Source: Eremomyces bilateralis CBS 781.70 (Eukaryota). From it: a DNA stretch of 64,000 nucleotides. The translations under genes and the position numbers were made by a program. Below, in pieces: positions 10,353-23,049 of this stretch. The DNA is taken from the NCBI GenBank assembly GCA_010015585.1, contig ML975150.1. The stretch is one strand, 5' to 3'. The first letter of the stretch is position 1, and each line of letters starts with the position of its first letter. The notes below the pieces were generated by a model. That model saw only the letters and a list, made by a program, of their open reading frames with translations, searched no databases and was not told the origin of the DNA.

Positions 10353-13300
10353 GAACACTTCTTGAGTGTTTCCTTTCCTCCTTCGCACCTTCCCCTTTTT
10401 TGACGATGTCAAAGGAACCACGTGTTCTCCAACTGTGTTAAAGAACTTCTGGCTTGACTCTCCGCTAGCTCAAGTAAAAGGATCACTGTACTGACCTGGT
10501 CATTCTTTCTTTGTCTTTCGCGGATTAGGAGTATTGATGACCTGTGTATATGCTTCAGGCCCATCAATATCTTCTTGCATAGATGGTGAATCCAAGACGA
10601 GTCCTGGTATCTCCTCGGAGAATATCAATGATGTTGTGCACCAGTTTTGCAGCGGGGGATTTCGGGCCTCCTGAAATACTGCACTCAGAGGTAGAAGCGA
10701 GGTTTGTTTATGGAATATTGGTACCCAGATCGCATTCGCTGCATCATCTTGCTTGACCGATGCTGTCTGAAATCATATCCGGTAAGTGGTTTTCGTCCTC
10801 ATACGCAGTGCACCATCAGCAGGAAGTTCTGGTACGGGGTTAGCCTTGCATTGATATTGCCCATCCAAGCCAAATCCCAAGACTGATATGCTGTTCAACA
10901 GTTCCATATGGCTTTCTAGAGCAGCCGTGACCACACTCGTTTCGGTGTGTACCCAGAAATCCTACGATGACTGCGGAAGGGAAAACACCCGGCTACAAGG
11001 GTCATGAACTATCGATGGCGAATCAAGAACCTGGATTGGGGGATGGGGCAACATAACGCTGTGACAGCAGCACTACCAGCCCGAGCATCCAGACGACACG
11101 AAATATCAGGATGCAACCCACCATAGGGACTCTGAAGAACGAACTTCGAGACTCGAGTTTCCGGTTCGCAGTTCATTTGCAGATAAAATATTTCGTTTCT
11201 CTTCGACCAGGGGGTTTCAATTCCTAATTTGAACAGGTACATCTGAGGTGAACGAAATGGACGCATGACGCGGCCTTCATAAAGGTGCAAAACAGAGTGG
11301 CTTACCTGACTGAATGGGAACAGCTCATGTTTAGACAAGGTAGATCTCGTAGGAACCGTTATGGGTTTTCAAAATCCAGAGGATTCTTCGAGGATGATAA
11401 ATTTCGTCTGCCCAGACCGCTCTGGATACGAATATCTGACAAGAATCGAGACGAAAGATGATGATTCTTACCACCTGCACAGCACGACACCACACCTACC
11501 TACCTACCTATGCAAACGGTTCTTCATTTACTCTGATACGGTATGCATCATTAAAATCTATGGCAAGCCTACCAATCCGAGATTCAAAGGAGGACGGAAA
11601 ATGCAAGACCAAAAGTTCGAACAAGGGCATTCTTGTCATCATTGCAAGGCCTGGCCCACCACCACCAAGCCACCAAAAGCGTGAACCATCAACCAAGCCG
11701 CCCCTGCTCCCTTGCACACCCCCTGGTGTCAATCATGGGGCCTGCGCAGCTTGTGTCAACTTCAACCGTACCATCCTGCGGTCTCCTGGGTGCAGAACCG
11801 GAACACCAGCCCTGGATATCCTGTCGTTGTTCTTTCATTTCTATTCGTCATAGCTTCGGCTCTCATGCAATAGACCGGAAAATTTGGGACTTAGGATCGG
11901 AAGGAGAGGCGGCTGTCAAGCAGCAATCCACCTTTGCCTAGTCATGATGCAAATCTAAGCCTAATCTACATTGGTTCGCTTCATGGCGACATCCGGGAAT
12001 ATCTCCACTTAGATAACAAGACGGCTTGAAGAGGATGACAGGCCATTTCGTCAATATCCCCATGCGCTGCCAAGGTTATCTTCATTATTTCCGTGGTTAC
12101 GAATCCTACAAAGGATCGGAGGTGTCTCGGTAGGATTAAGGACTACTGGACACAATGATACCCTCACTTGCTTCGGGCGTCGACTGGTTGACGCAACCCA
12201 ATCGAGAGACTTGTACGATCTGGCGTGTCACCCCCCGGAAATTGGTCCCCATTTTTTGCCGGGTGACAATTTGACGGCTGACAGCTGACGCCTTTACACC
12301 TTCACGGAGCCTTCCTTGTCTAGTCTCTAAATGTTGACAAGTCTGCTAATTGAGAGCGTCGGCGGAAAAGTGCCAGCACGACGGGCGACGGTCGATCATC
12401 CGTCCGGCGAGACAAGGCCTCTGGAAATCTGGACGGATCGGACGGATGCGTGCATCATTATTCATTTGACTGGGTACCTACAATTATCATCAGGTCGAGG
12501 TCGCAGCACCAACTGTTGCTTGCCGTGTGTCTTCGTGTATTCCACCTCTCGGATTAGCAGCACCAGTGTTCAAAATTCCCAAAGTCGGTGTCTAGGCGTC
12601 TGGTGATATGTGCGCCGATCCAGTGGCATCAAGCGGCAACGTACATTTCCCGTCCTCCAAGGTCGTGTCAAGGAGTGATTCCCGCGAATTTGGGATATTG
12701 GTACGAAAGTATTATTACCGGTGTGTACAGCCGAGGATTGTCTTGACGTGGTTGGACTATTGTCACCCTACGTCCTAAGGTGTCATTGTCCTGCAGAAAC
12801 ATTTCGTTACTCTTTGGCGTTTCATCCAACGGTCCAGATAGAGCTTTGCTAGTTTCACCTTCACCCGTCCGCTCAGGTTCGATTTATGGACCAATCCAAA
12901 CCGAGCACGGTTTACTATAGATGGACTGTGGAGTTCGCTTTGCCGGGCTCTCTTGTAAATGTTTTTAGAATCGAAATCCTACAAAGTTCCCATTCGTCAT
13001 TACGCGGTCTACTGAGTTGAGGAACCACATCGGACGAGCTAAAGGGTTGATCCCGACCTAGTGGTCTGTGTTGGTCCTGGACTCCTGATGGCTTTTGCCG
13101 AGCTGGACGGTGACGCTCGTTGGCGAGCATCTGTGCTCATCTACTGACGGGACGCCGGACGCAATTGATGCAAAGTACCGGTTCACAATGCAGGGTAAGT
13201 ATCCAGATCCTCACGGAAGACGCCATTGGTCTGACTTTCTCTCAATTCTCGTCGCCATTTGTCAATCGTTATCATTTGTTTTTTGCAGGCATCGTGCTGT

Positions 13301-15406
13301 GTACCCGAACACCATGGTCGAAGATTGATAGAAGTAGAGGCTGAGGAATAGCTCCATGATCAGCGCGATCACATCCTGGAATAACGCGGTTTTGTTCGAG
13401 TGGCAAATAGGGCTAGTCTTCATCGACAGAGGACAGATCGATTTCCGAATTGAGGAAATTGAGCGGCAAAGTTCGCGGCTCCTGCCACGAGCGACAAGGA
13501 TGACATTGCTTTTTTGTGCTATGATCAATGAGAATTATTCGGGGTAATATGGAAGACCACAGCGAATACCTGCATGGATCTCACTTGACTAGTGACACGC
13601 TCAATGAGTGAAAGGATTGCATTGCTTCTCAAGCTTCCTTGGATTTTACGGACATCAGTCTCGTGTAAACATTTGAAGTCTCGAATGTTCAGGGTACGTC
13701 TGATGCTTACTGGTTCTCCACTATCTCACATGGATGTAGGGCTCTACCGTAGCGGATACGAAACAGATGCGGGAGAGCACGATCCACCCATCGATTCGGG
13801 ATTTAAAGTTTCTTTCTCGGAGCCCCCATTACCAAACGCGTGGACAGCGTGCCGAACTCGTACAAGGTCTGTCACACCCTATGCGGGTTGGCTATCCGTT
13901 TGCGTCAGGCGTGAGGCGTTAGTCCTTGGGTTCGAACCGGAGCGATCCCTTCTGTGATGCTTCTCGGAGAATACACGGTTACTAAACCAGCCTCCGACCC
14001 TTGACGAACCTAAAAGTCTTCCGTTAGCACTCCCTCCAATCCTTGGCTGTCAAAGTGGCCCGTCTGCCTCCCGTTTTGTCATGATTCTGATCTACCCGCC
14101 AGGCGTCAAGTGTCAACCTTATTATAGGTACCTGGCTTTCATCCGACCGGAGGCCTAGCGGCGCAATTCTCAGGTTTAATCCTTGTCGGTAGTACAATGT
14201 ACTCCTCCCTTCGCTACTCCCGATCAGCAGTGATACCATCGGAAGAGGATATATGTCGTGGATCACTTCCCGAGCGACTGGTATCTGGCAAGCCGTGCCT
14301 ATCGGGCGATTTATCCGCAGCATCGGCGATTTTCGCTGACGTTCAAGGTCACCGTAGCGACCTCCCGCTTTGTATCAAGATGTTCCCGAGTAGGAGGTGA
14401 CGCCGTTCTTCTGTAGCACGCCCATGGCTCGTGGTAGAGCTCAGAACCACTGATCAACCGGAAGACAGTCTAATCGACAGCCATACCCCATGTTTTGCAA
14501 TCCCCCATCCTATTTAGAGGTAGAATAGGCCCCTACTGGATATATCCTAGATCCTTGCTAGACCACCCTCTTGTTGAGGTGACGGTTCGGACTCCAGGAG
14601 AGATGGAAAAGGCTGGAGGGAATGGCTCCATTGGTTTATCTTACTTTACACACAACTACCCATCCGTATCCACACCTTTCTTCAAACCGAACCTACTGTT
14701 GACAAGGTGCGAACCTTACACCTTCATAATCTTTTAACTTTTTTAACGCTTTTGTACAGTCACCCATCCCAAACGCTCACTTCCCTCATCCTGTTCAGAC
14801 TTGCTTCGTGTAAGACCCAGTCCTCAACGTTGATATTCGCCTCTATCGGAAGCTCTTTCTTGAACCACCACGAATACCTGGTCAGAAATCAGATGCCCGG
14901 TTGAATTTTGTAAAGCAGGAATAGAGGGGTTCTCTATCACTTTCGTGTTTCATATTTGACAGGCTTCAACCTCACATGTTCGGCCAATCCGCCATCAGTC
15001 ACGAAACCCTATTGTAAAACAACGGCATCGTTGGTTCGAGCGATCAAACAGTCTCCAACTCCCCACGTAACCGTCTGAGGAAGTCCATTAGGGCAGAAGC
15101 ATCATCAACAGGGTACGTCTATCATCCTTTTCTCCTAGTCCCGTTTCGTTGCCATGAACCATGGACATATCGCTCTCGAACCCTTTGAAAGGGCATTTTT
15201 CTTTGCCGAATTTCAAGGTTCATAATCTCCCATATGAGAAACAGAGGGATTGAGCCGGACCGTCGCATAGAAACAACTTTTCGACACTCACGCATCCCGT
15301 AAACATCCTGGATCGTCGCTAAGAAGTCACAGGCCGACAACGTTCTATTCCCCCAAAGCGGACCCAGTCACCTTTGTAAGAGTGTATCAACAGTTAGGAC
15401 GAGTCA

Positions 15407-16619
15407 ATGGCGTCACTTGCTTCACCAAGTCATTTCAATCCCTATTTTCATGAAGCAGCGTTGTCAAGCTCTTTTGCATCTCTCCGCTGCGGCGATTCCG
15501 ATCCACGCAGTCAAGCACCATCAAAGCGAGAAATGACTGGTCTCGAAAAGCTGGCAAAGCACGAATCTACGGCGTCATTCCGACCATGCGCGAGCCCTCA
15601 TCCTGTGTCATCCGGTCCCACATTGCCTTCGATCCGTTCGGTATGTGAACGCGCACATATGATACCTCCATAAACTGACAATCCTTTAGCTTTTGGAACC
15701 GATTGAAGGTCATATGAGAGGACAGAATCAAACTGAGTCACCCGAAGCGTCTCAAAACCCACCATCCAAAAATCATTCCCATCTGGGCAGTTGGGAAAAC
15801 AATGTATCTCGACATAGGGGCCCGTCTTCGGTAGACCATTTGGGACGATCATATCGACCAGTGGGCTCCCCAAATGGAATTGAGCCTTCTAGCCATTTGG
15901 AACGACACAATTCCCGACTTCAGCCCCCATTAACCCCCCCGCAACCAAGGAACTCACTGTCAAGTCATATGTCGTCGTTTGCACACGGTTCCAGCATGGC
16001 TCCTCGACCACATCCTCACACACACGTCCGCCATGACTCGCATTGGAGTCCAAATGTAATTCCTCAAGATTCGAGTGTCAGTCACGGCTCGCATGTTCAT
16101 CCTTATGTTTATGGCCATAGCGCTTCGACCGCTGTTCATTATCCAAGGAGAAGAAGAGGCAACCTACCAAAGGAGGCGACCAAGGTGCTCAAACAGTGGT
16201 TTGATGAGAACCGCGAAAGTCCCTATCCGACTGATGAGCAGAAGACTATGTTGCAGAGGGCCACAGGACTGTCGATGAACCAGGTAAGCCATAATTTCCT
16301 TCCTATGAAGCTCGGAGTCCTTTCACCGCATAATTCATGTCTGTTTTCTGGTGAATGGTGTCCTTCTTGGCTTCGTGAGTAGGAAGGTTGCCACACGGTC
16401 TGATGCTCTTCCGGTTCCCTTGCTTCGGCGAGTCTCTAGAACCGGAGTATGCCCCTGTTGGGGGGGTTAAACCGTCATCCACATTTGGCTATATGCTAAT
16501 TCAACGCGTACTAGGTCAATAATTGGTTCATCAACGCTCGTAGACGGCTCCCAGGTCGTGAAGTTAGATCCCGCACAACCACGACCACCGACATACGGAC
16601 ACCCCCACAGCCACTATAA
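15407..16619 (+). CDS. TALE-class (KN/TGIF/Cup9-Tos8-like) homeodomain transcription factor; exons 15407-15640, 15690-16283, 16515-16619
   Basis: RRRRGNLPKEATKVLKQWFDENRESPYPTDEQK...TGLSMNQ|VNNWFINARRR (PYP loop; WFINAR in helix 3); N-terminal TLPSIRS|LL motif. Confidence 0.92.
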
Positions 16620-17498
16620 TAGCAAGATGACGATATTACTACCAATTCTTATGAGAAAACGCGAACTGCATCCTTTTTCGGCCATCTAAGCTGGAGGCAA
16701 TTTACTCTTCGCGATAGACGCGCTTAATGGACCCGGAAATCAAGTTCATGTCGACATCAAGTCGGTTATGATGCCAGCGCTCCCTGTCTCCGGAGTGGAC
16801 GAAATTGAGGGCCCTGAGACATCGCTCCATGGCCTCAAACCCCTTAGCGATTGGTTTTTCCAAGGTTTGATTGCCGCTCTACAAGAATTACCATACAGGT
16901 TGCCCCTTGCGCTCGGCGGGTTGGTATATTTCCCTTTTTGTGTAGACCGGAGGAACACATCAAGGGTATTTCCGTCAGTTTCTTCCATTCCGGATAGCTC
17001 ACAGCATTTGCTATTGAAGGGAAGTCCGATTTGACGGTGGCAAACACTGCTGTATGCGCATGGTACAATGGATCAGGGCCAACGGATGTGCTGCCACCAT
17101 GGCCTCTGCGGCCACTGGGATCAGTGTTGGTTGTGGGAGGAAAGTGGTGGGTTTGGGCGGGACTTAATTCATCGATCATCGATATATCTCGTATATGGTC
17201 TGGGTCCAAGGTTTGCCATTTGCAGAACGGAGACGGGTAATTCATTATGACAGCGAGGGAATCTCGAAGACAGGACGAGCGATTGCAGCAGGTTGAGGGA
17301 TTTGCTTCATGGCTTGGAATAAATAGGTAAATGGGGCAGGAGTTCATCAAGCTGAGTTGAGAGTCTGACATCAAGTTTGATGTCTTGCATACTTGCAAAT
17401 AGAGAGTGGGCAACATGGTTAACCAAGTCCGTTATTCATGCTAATAATGGCTTGACTGAACTGCACATCTCCTCACCCTTCCACTCGGCAATTTGAAC

Positions 17499-18903
17499 TC
17501 AAAGTATCATGTCGACATCATCATCCGCAGGGGCTGACCGGCCGGTCGTAGACCCTTGGCGAGTCGCCATAGCTGCCGCTTGCTCTTTTGGGCCCCAATA
17601 ATCTGCCATCTCGGCGTCCAATTCCTCCATTGTCTTCCTCGGCCTTCCCTGCACTGCCGGTCTTCCAGTATCATCCCTCCCACTTTGCCTGTTCACCTCC
17701 CTTCGAGCACCGGGCCTTCTTCCACGTCCACCACCTCCTCTTGGTGCAGGATCTCTCCCTCGTCCTCCTCCGTTCTGGCCCGGGACATACCGATCAATAT
17801 GATCTGGTGGCGGCTTGGTCGTATCAGAACGTCGAAGTCGATCCTGATCAGGAGATATGCTTCGTGCATCTCGTTCCACACGGTCGAACAAACTTTTGCT
17901 TGGCTTCTCCATGCGGTCGAACAAGTCTTTTTTGGTGGGTTTCGAGGGTCCTTGAGGTACGAGCGAGAGCCGGATGGGCTGACCTTTCGCATTGGCACCG
18001 TCGAACTGGCGAATTGCAGCGCGAGCGCCGTCGACATCCTGGTACGTCACAAAAGCAACTCCGGTGGATCGGTCTCCACGGTCGTAGATGAGTTGGAGGG
18101 AACGTAGAGGCGCGATACGGGTGAACAGCTCCTGTGAAACTTTAGTTGGTTGCTTTACCCGCAAGGAATGAAGAACTTACCCGAAGATCATCTTCCCCGA
18201 GCTCGTAATGCAGATTTTCAACTCGAACCTTCGCCGTTTGAGTACTGTTTCGATTAGCGGACACGTCCGATGACTGGAGTAGCGATATAGCATACTTGTC
18301 CTCTTCTGGAGCATATCGATCGATGCGAGATCCACGTGAAGTGCGAGTCGCTGGTTGGGCTGAATGTGTGAGTAAGGAAAGAAATATCTCTGGAAATCCG
18401 CGTACAGTCGTAGTCGTCTTCATATCGATCGTGGACCCAGTCATCACTACGAATGATTAGTACCCTACTTGATATCGAGCACTATGCAACTCACCGGTCA
18501 AGGTTGCGACTGTCATCTCTCCGGCTCTAGTACGGTAAGGAAATACCTAGGTCAGCGAAGGTCACGGTATACCACTTAAAGGATCGGCTTCGGCACAGGT
18601 CGCCCGATCGAGGTCGAAATGCGACTGCTTTGTGCTGCTGCGTAGCAACTAAGGGTCGAGAAGGAGAGGAGGGATGGAAGACACCTAGTTATTGCGATGG
18701 TCAGTTGGACGGTTGACGACCTAGGGACGATTCCGAGAGCCAACATACCTTTCTTACGCCATCACGAGGTCGATTGTTTTGTCGGCGGTCTCTTGATCCG
18801 CGATACGATCGCTGGGAAATGTTAGTTATGAATGGGTACCGATGCAGCTTGTGGTCTCGCATACCGGGCGGTCCGCCATAACTTCGTCTAGAGCGCGATC
18901 CAT
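17499..18903 (-). CDS. Yra1/ALY(REF)-like RRM protein with C-terminal Chtop/FoP-type motif (mRNA export adaptor-like); exons 18903-18865, 18811-18749, 18526-18495, 18446-18406, ~18359-18295, 18244-18181, 18131-17499
   Basis: N-terminal MDRALDEVM box, DWVHDRY motif, RRM (KVRVENLHYEL...YDRGDRSTGVAFVTY...FDGANAKGQPIRLSL), RGG tract, and RPRKTMEELDAEMADYW. Confidence 0.88.
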
Positions 18904-20624
18904 CCGGAGGTGGTTAGAAGATAGTAGTTTGGAACAAAGAGCGATTCAATTTCTGGTTTCTCGTTCGATAGGAACAGTCAATTCTGCAAATGACGAATTG
19001 TACGCGACGTGTTTGGAGAGGGTGAGAAGTCATCAATTAACTGACCGACGTTCGCAACTGGAAAGCTAAGTCGTCAGGATTCAGGACCACGTGATTGGAC
19101 CTCGCTTTCCTGACACGTGAACAATGAATTTGTTGGTAACTCGGTATCCTACATCTGAGTAATTGATATTTGATCGTCCTGACTCTGAAGCACACCCCTA
19201 GGCGTCGAGAAATCGAGAAATCTCAATCGCTGCGTACTTGATTCAAAGAGCCTTGCGTGGACGGTTCAAAACTAGCTAGTCCTGCACCCTTCAAGTGACT
19301 AAGATACAGTACAGTCCCGATGATCGGCGCTTGGGTTCATCACGATTCACGAATCTGCGAATGTAACAGTGGCTTTGGTTGGCATGACATTGATGGTGGT
19401 GATCAGCTTTTCTGGATACGTACTACATACAGGATTAGACCGCAGTAAGAATCTATTTCTACCCATGGGAATTTTGTAACTGGATGCGCTGCTTTTCATA
19501 CCTCTATCAAACTTTTCTATATCCGATCATGTCCTTTTCCGCTCCTCACACCATCAGCCACCTGCAATGCCCGCATTTCCCTTCAGATGAAAGCCTGGCT
19601 TCGAACTCTCTGCTCAGTCACCGTATTTTCAATTATCAAACGCCCACGGTGCCTCGATGCCGTCCCCCTTGATTCTCGCCAGTTGCAGCCACTGTCTCTT
19701 GCGGATGGCCTGGAGCAGCCTGACGGGAAGCCGCATGCAATCGTGGCAGCCGTACAGATGGAGATGCTTCATCCTTGGGGGGCAAACCGCCTCCTGATGG
19801 CAAAGTCGTAACGGAGTTGCCCGGGATGATGAACGGGGCTGGAAGCCTGAGAGCTTCGAGACTCGACAATCCCCACAGGTGATCCATGCGGATCGCCCAT
19901 GAAGCGTTTGAAAATTGTGTTGTCAACTCTGTGCTTGGACCGCCGGTATGCTCCAGAGAAAGGGTTCGGAGGGGCGCTCTTGCAAGCCGAGTTCGAAAGA
20001 TCTTGAGGATGCTTGGCCTAGGGGTCTTTGAAATCTTGTTCGAGCTTGAATTCCTCCAGGTTGTCAGGATCTTCGTTCTTATCTCAGATTGAAGCATTTC
20101 GTGGGTGGAGCTCCATTGTAGATCGATCGGGGCTTTTGCGGTTGCCCATCCCTCGTGTCACATTGATTCAAGTCGTTGATGTGGTGAATACCATGGTATC
20201 GAACCGGAGTGTTAAGAATTATGGACCCATTTCCGTTGATGATACATATCTCAAGCAGGATTGTGATACTGCCTCCAAGGGCGAATGGTTCTATGTCGAT
20301 GTACCAAAGGCGTGGTTTCTGTATATGATCCTTTATTGCCCACAGAATGAAGTTCGAATCTGCCTTGAGATTTGGACTCGACGGAGGGTCTAGCTTTGTG
20401 ACATGCTAGTCAATTCTAGGAGACTTGTGCTCAAGGATCATGTCCGCATGGTACTGGCACTGCGCGCATGAATGCATCGCGGGTTCATTGCAGTGTGTGC
20501 GCCAGAGGCGCTTGCGACTGCCATTGACCTTGATATTCATACCAAGCACCCTGTCCATCCAGTTCAGTGACATAGGGATGCGTGGCAGAGAGTCCATAGT
20601 GCGCAACTCTATACTAGTGCATCT

Positions 20625-20764
20625 CCAGCCGACTGAAAGGGAGTATCGTATCGGCTTGCTAAATTCGAGGAAATAAGAACTCTATGTTTATGTAAAGACA
20701 ACAGGAGGCGACAGCAGGCAACGATTGAGCGTTCTCGACCCACTGGGGGTGCTTCAGGGCCATC
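20625..20764 (+). repeat. Dispersed degenerate repeat, copy B (copy A at 7124-7271)
   Basis: Same alignment as copy A, in the same orientation. Confidence 0.75.
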
Positions 20765-21068
20765 CACTTCTTTTTCCAGATGCACTGTTCTACGAAGAAA
20801 TGTTGGACTAATAGGAGTCATGGCAACCAATAGAAACACAAGGACTAGAATATTTAAAAGGAAGTAAGCGCAACACTGCAAACATTTCGAATTTCGAATC
20901 GACTAATGAAGAAGAAGCCTGACGAGGGTTGATGACTTTGTTCGCTTCTTTCGGTTGTTGACGAACGGGACTTGAATGGAACCAGCCGCATGACATGACT
21001 TGTCTAGTGGTCCAGACAATGCGCTCCTCTGGGATAATAATTACCGACCATGTGAGGCGATTATCTCC

Positions 21069-23049
21069 TCAATTCTCGTCTATTGCCCATCCCGCCAAAA
21101 CGGGCATCAGTTCTTCTCCATACTCTGGCTGCACATCCCTCCCATCCGGATCGATATTTCCTAGATAATACGTAATGTCCCGGCCGTCGAATTCTCGAAG
21201 GTCGAAGCCGTTCCCCATGAACGCGAAGCGGTTCTCATCCCGGTACTCGATCTGATAATCTTCATACCTCGGGTTTTTCATAATTTCCAAGAAATGCAAC
21301 CGGCTCCCGGGATAGATCACCGTCTGCCCGTCTGACTTTCCCTGCTTGAACCAGCTTCGGCATGGGCTCGTCCATGCGGTCCTTTTCAGAAACGAGTCGG
21401 CATGCTGACGGAATTGCTTGGAGACATCCATCCGCGGTGTGAACGATTTGATGTTTTCGACCTGTGCTTTTCTAATGACGTCGAGAATGTAACCGGTCCA
21501 GGATTCGATGAGTGGCATGAAGCTCCCATGCCCGAGCGGGCCGTAGGGACCGCAGAAGCTAAAGTAGTTCGGGAAATCCGGGATGCCAATGCTGAGATAG
21601 GAGGTGACACTATCATCGCCGGACCAGACTTCGCGAAGATCTCGGCCATGAGCGACGAGGGGGAACCGGGGCTTCCAGGTGGTGTCAAAGCCGGTCGCAC
21701 AGATAATGACGTCCACTTCGTGCTCGTTGCCTTCGTGATCGATGAACCCAGATGAAGTGAACTTGGTGACAGTGTCGGTAAAGATGGTGGCGTTTGGAGC
21801 GACCAGAGCCTCGAGATACCCAGGTGCCGGTGTCGGTCTTCGACAACCTGGATTGAAATCCTTTGGGATGATCTTATCGCAAAGCCGAGGATCATTGTTC
21901 AGTTTGCGTTTCATCTCCGATGTGGCATATTCTCTTGCCATTTTAGCTTCGTCTGTGCCTTTGATGATAAATTTGAATCTTTGATTGAGCTCGTTCTCGA
22001 TCTGTTTCCGATATTCCATATACTTCTCAGGGTGATCACGGAGGTAGTCCTTTTGCTTTTGAGTATCTGGACCGAGGCGTCAGTGATTCGAGCTGGGGAT
22101 ATGGACCAAGTCAACGGATTCGGTGTCACTTACACGCAAAATTCAGGCCATCTTTGCCCGCCCAAGTCTGCGCAAATCCTGCTGTGATCCAGATCGGACT
22201 CCTAACCCAGTGGTAGAGCTTGGCAACTTTCTTCTGAATCGCAGAGACGATCTGCACTCCACTGCTTCCGGCTCCCACAACAGCAACTCGCTTACCGTCG
22301 AGAGGGTAGTCTTCTTCGTAGGCTGCAGAATGCATGAGCTTTCCGCGGTAATCCTGCAGGCCGGGGATATCAGGCCACTTCCAATTGTTCAGGACACCAC
22401 CGGCATTAATGAAGAACTCGGCATGGTCATCAATGATATCCCCGGTGTCGAGATTCTTGATCTTGAACCGCCAAAGTCCTTGTTCTTGGTCCCATTCCGC
22501 TCCTTGAATTTTATGTCGGAGCTTCACATACTTATCCACGAAGCGATTTTCGTCGTATATGTCCTTGAGATATTCCCATATTTCCTTGGAAAAGGAGTAA
22601 TAACGCGACCAGAGCTTGATCTTCCAGGAGAACTGGTAGTTGACGGACGGAATGTCGCACGCACATCCTATGAACTAGATTGGTACACTGGCTGTCAAGG
22701 TTCTCGCGATACATACCAGGATATCTATTCTCAAGCCAAGCTTCAATGGAGTCAGCATAAGTGCAGACAGGATGAGAAGGGGATACATACTGCCACCTAT
22801 GTCGCGATTTTTCTCGTAGCATACGATATCAAGCTGCTCCATATGCCCCTCGGCCTGTTTGAAAAAGTTCGCCGAAGATGCCCCAGCCCCCATAAGGACG
22901 ACACGTAGTTTTCCCTTGGTTCCCATTGGTTGTTCGCGAATTCGATACCCCGTTTTGTCTGCCTGGGAGGCCGGGGGAGCGTCAGGGCTGCAAATCGGCT
23001 CATTTTGGTCCGCTTTGGTTCCGTTTCTCGACTCGGACTGAATCGCCAT
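21069..23049 (-). CDS. FAD/NADPH-dependent monooxygenase (Baeyer-Villiger/FMO-like, StcW/MoxY-type); exons 23049-22791, 22740-22717, 22667-22134, 22066-21069
   Basis: GG(T)WLENRYPG|CACDIPS, YRGKLMHSAAY fingerprint, VAVVGAGSSGVQI, GCRRPTP, DVIICATGFD, WTSPCRSWFK. Confidence 0.93.

Noticed and set aside
10500..11340. Protein-like minus-strand fragments downstream of the tRNA
   Set aside because: Interrupted by stops and not assignable to any family by eye.
16746..17416. Minus-strand ORFs of 190 and 80 aa between the homeobox and RRM genes
   Set aside because: No domain or convincing splice structure; may be 3' UTR or a relic.
19636..20393. 153-aa and 121-aa ORFs between the RRM gene and the monooxygenase
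   Set aside because: No recognisable motif and stops in the more protein-like frame; cannot support a gene call.
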